Positions 31,205 to 32,000 of a stretch of 32,000 nucleotides of DNA are shown one piece after another. Under the pieces are notes generated by a model. The model was not told where the DNA came from. It ran no database searches and saw nothing but the letters and a program-made list of their open reading frames with translations. The position numbers and the translations under genes are program-made. This DNA comes from Schaalia odontolytica. GTDB lineage: Bacteria > Actinomycetota > Actinomycetes > Actinomycetales > Actinomycetaceae. The number at the start of each line of letters is the position of its first letter. Position 1 is the stretch's first letter. The stretch lies in the NCBI RefSeq assembly GCF_005696695.1, contig NZ_CP040006.1, positions 1,830,001 to 1,862,000 of the forward strand. Direction: 5' to 3'.

Positions 31205-32000
31205 TCAGGCGACCGGATCGTCGATGTGGATGGGAGTGGCCTCGATGCCCGGGTTCTGCAGCGACACGATGCGCTGGACGGGGACGAGGTCAAGCCACCA
31301 CTGGTGGAACGGGCGACGATTCTCGATGTCGAGGTCATCGAACATGTTCTTGACCGGGCGCGCCTCGACGGCGTTGCCGACCTGGCCGATGTAGTAGGCG
31401 CCGCGGTCGCCGCGATCGAACTGGTCGAGGAGCTGCTCGAAGGCGCGCGCCACGAGGCGCGTGGCGAGCAGGCGGTCGTACGGCGAGGGCGAGCCGCCCT
31501 GCTGCATGTGGCCGAGGGCCTGGTGCCGCACGTCGTAGATCCCCTCGGACTCGGCGTTGAACACGTCAGCCAGGAACTCGCGGTCGTAGTACTGGGACGC
31601 CGACTCGTTGAGCAACGTGAGGAACAGGCGTCGACCGGACTTGAAGGAGGCGACCATCCGATCGGCATCCGCGGCGATCTGCTCGAGGGAGGGGGACTCC
31701 TCGTTGATGTACATATATTCCGCGCCGCTCGACAGGGCGCTCATGAGAGTCAGGTAGCCGCATCGGCGCCCCATCGTCTCAGCGATGAAGCAGCGCTTGG
31801 ACGCGGCCGCGCTCTCCTTGATGCGGTCGATTGCCCACGTCGCATTGTTGATTGCCGTGTCCGTGCCGATCGCGAGCTCGCAGCCCGGCAGGTTGTTGTC
31901 GATCGAGGCCGGGATGAGCAGAATCGGAATCTGGAACGCCGGGTAGCGGTCCTTCTCCGAGGTGATCGCGTGAACACCCAGGTAAGCATTCATGCCGCCG
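31205..32000 (-). CDS. pfkA: 6-phosphofructokinase (PFK family), C-terminal ~265 codons; the 5' end lies beyond the window
   Basis: IPASIDNNLPG, ETMGRRCGYLTLMSAL and HMQQGGSPSPYDRLLATRL match the PFK catalytic core blocks. The reading frame is open to the window edge. Confidence 0.85.
   Translation of the reverse strand, partial: GGMNAYLGVHAITSEKDRYPAFQIPILLIPASIDNNLPGCELAIGTDTAINNATWAIDRIKESAAASKRCFIAETMGRRCGYLTLMSALSSGAEYMYINEESPSLEQIAADADRMVASFKSGRRLFLTLLNESASQYYDREFLADVFNAESEGIYDVRHQALGHMQQGGSPSPYDRLLATRLVARAFEQLLDQFDRGDRGAYYIGQVGNAVEARPVKNMFDDLDIENRRPFHQWWLDLVPVQRIVSLQNPGIEATPIHIDDPVA

Overview
High-GC actinobacterial chromosome segment. Hand-counted 60-nt coding lines give about 68-73% GC. 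Gene content and a textbook ZTP riboswitch suggest an Actinomyces/Schaalia-like organism, but that is inference only. Housekeeping genes sit at both ends. On the left are xthA, folD and glyA (minus strand), with a ZTP/pfl riboswitch in the glyA leader. On the right are purU, mdh, a CDF metal exporter, pgi and a truncated 6-phosphofructokinase. Between glyA and purU (about 3.7-22.0 kb) lies a Wzx/Wzy-type cell-envelope glycopolymer locus. It contains a small initiating phosphoglycosyl transferase, a TagA/WecG-family transferase, a Wzx flippase, a Wzy-like polymerase, two GT2 transferases, a Wzz-like co-polymerase with a P-loop-less kinase-like tail, and a TagD-like cytidylyltransferase coupled to a CDP-alcohol phosphatidyltransferase. 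Most of these genes are linked by ATGA/GTGA overlaps. The most unusual content is a tandem pair of ~1150-aa secreted paralogs at 6212-13358, between wzx and the tagA-like gene. Each has a signal peptide, a fibrinogen-like YCDxxxxGGGW-type domain, beta-propeller-like repeats, an FN3 domain and two jelly-roll carbohydrate-binding-like domains. Both carry the same 15-bp element upstream, and the distal copy ends 5 nt before the tagA-like start. A second candidate is a low-GC patch (about 23.7-26.3 kb, down to ~37-40% GC). It carries an orphan 577-aa membrane-anchored protein (coiled coil plus degenerate pentapeptide-like repeats) and a GNAT acetyltransferase. To its right is an ORF-free 0.8 kb full of nested hairpins and repeats sharing a GCATTGCAC core. 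An ORF-free 0.9-kb spacer inside the glycopolymer locus holds five copies of a 9-mer at a strict 19-bp phase. No tRNA, rRNA, CRISPR array, transposase or integrase was recognised. All domain calls are by-eye motif recognition and need HMM or structure confirmation.
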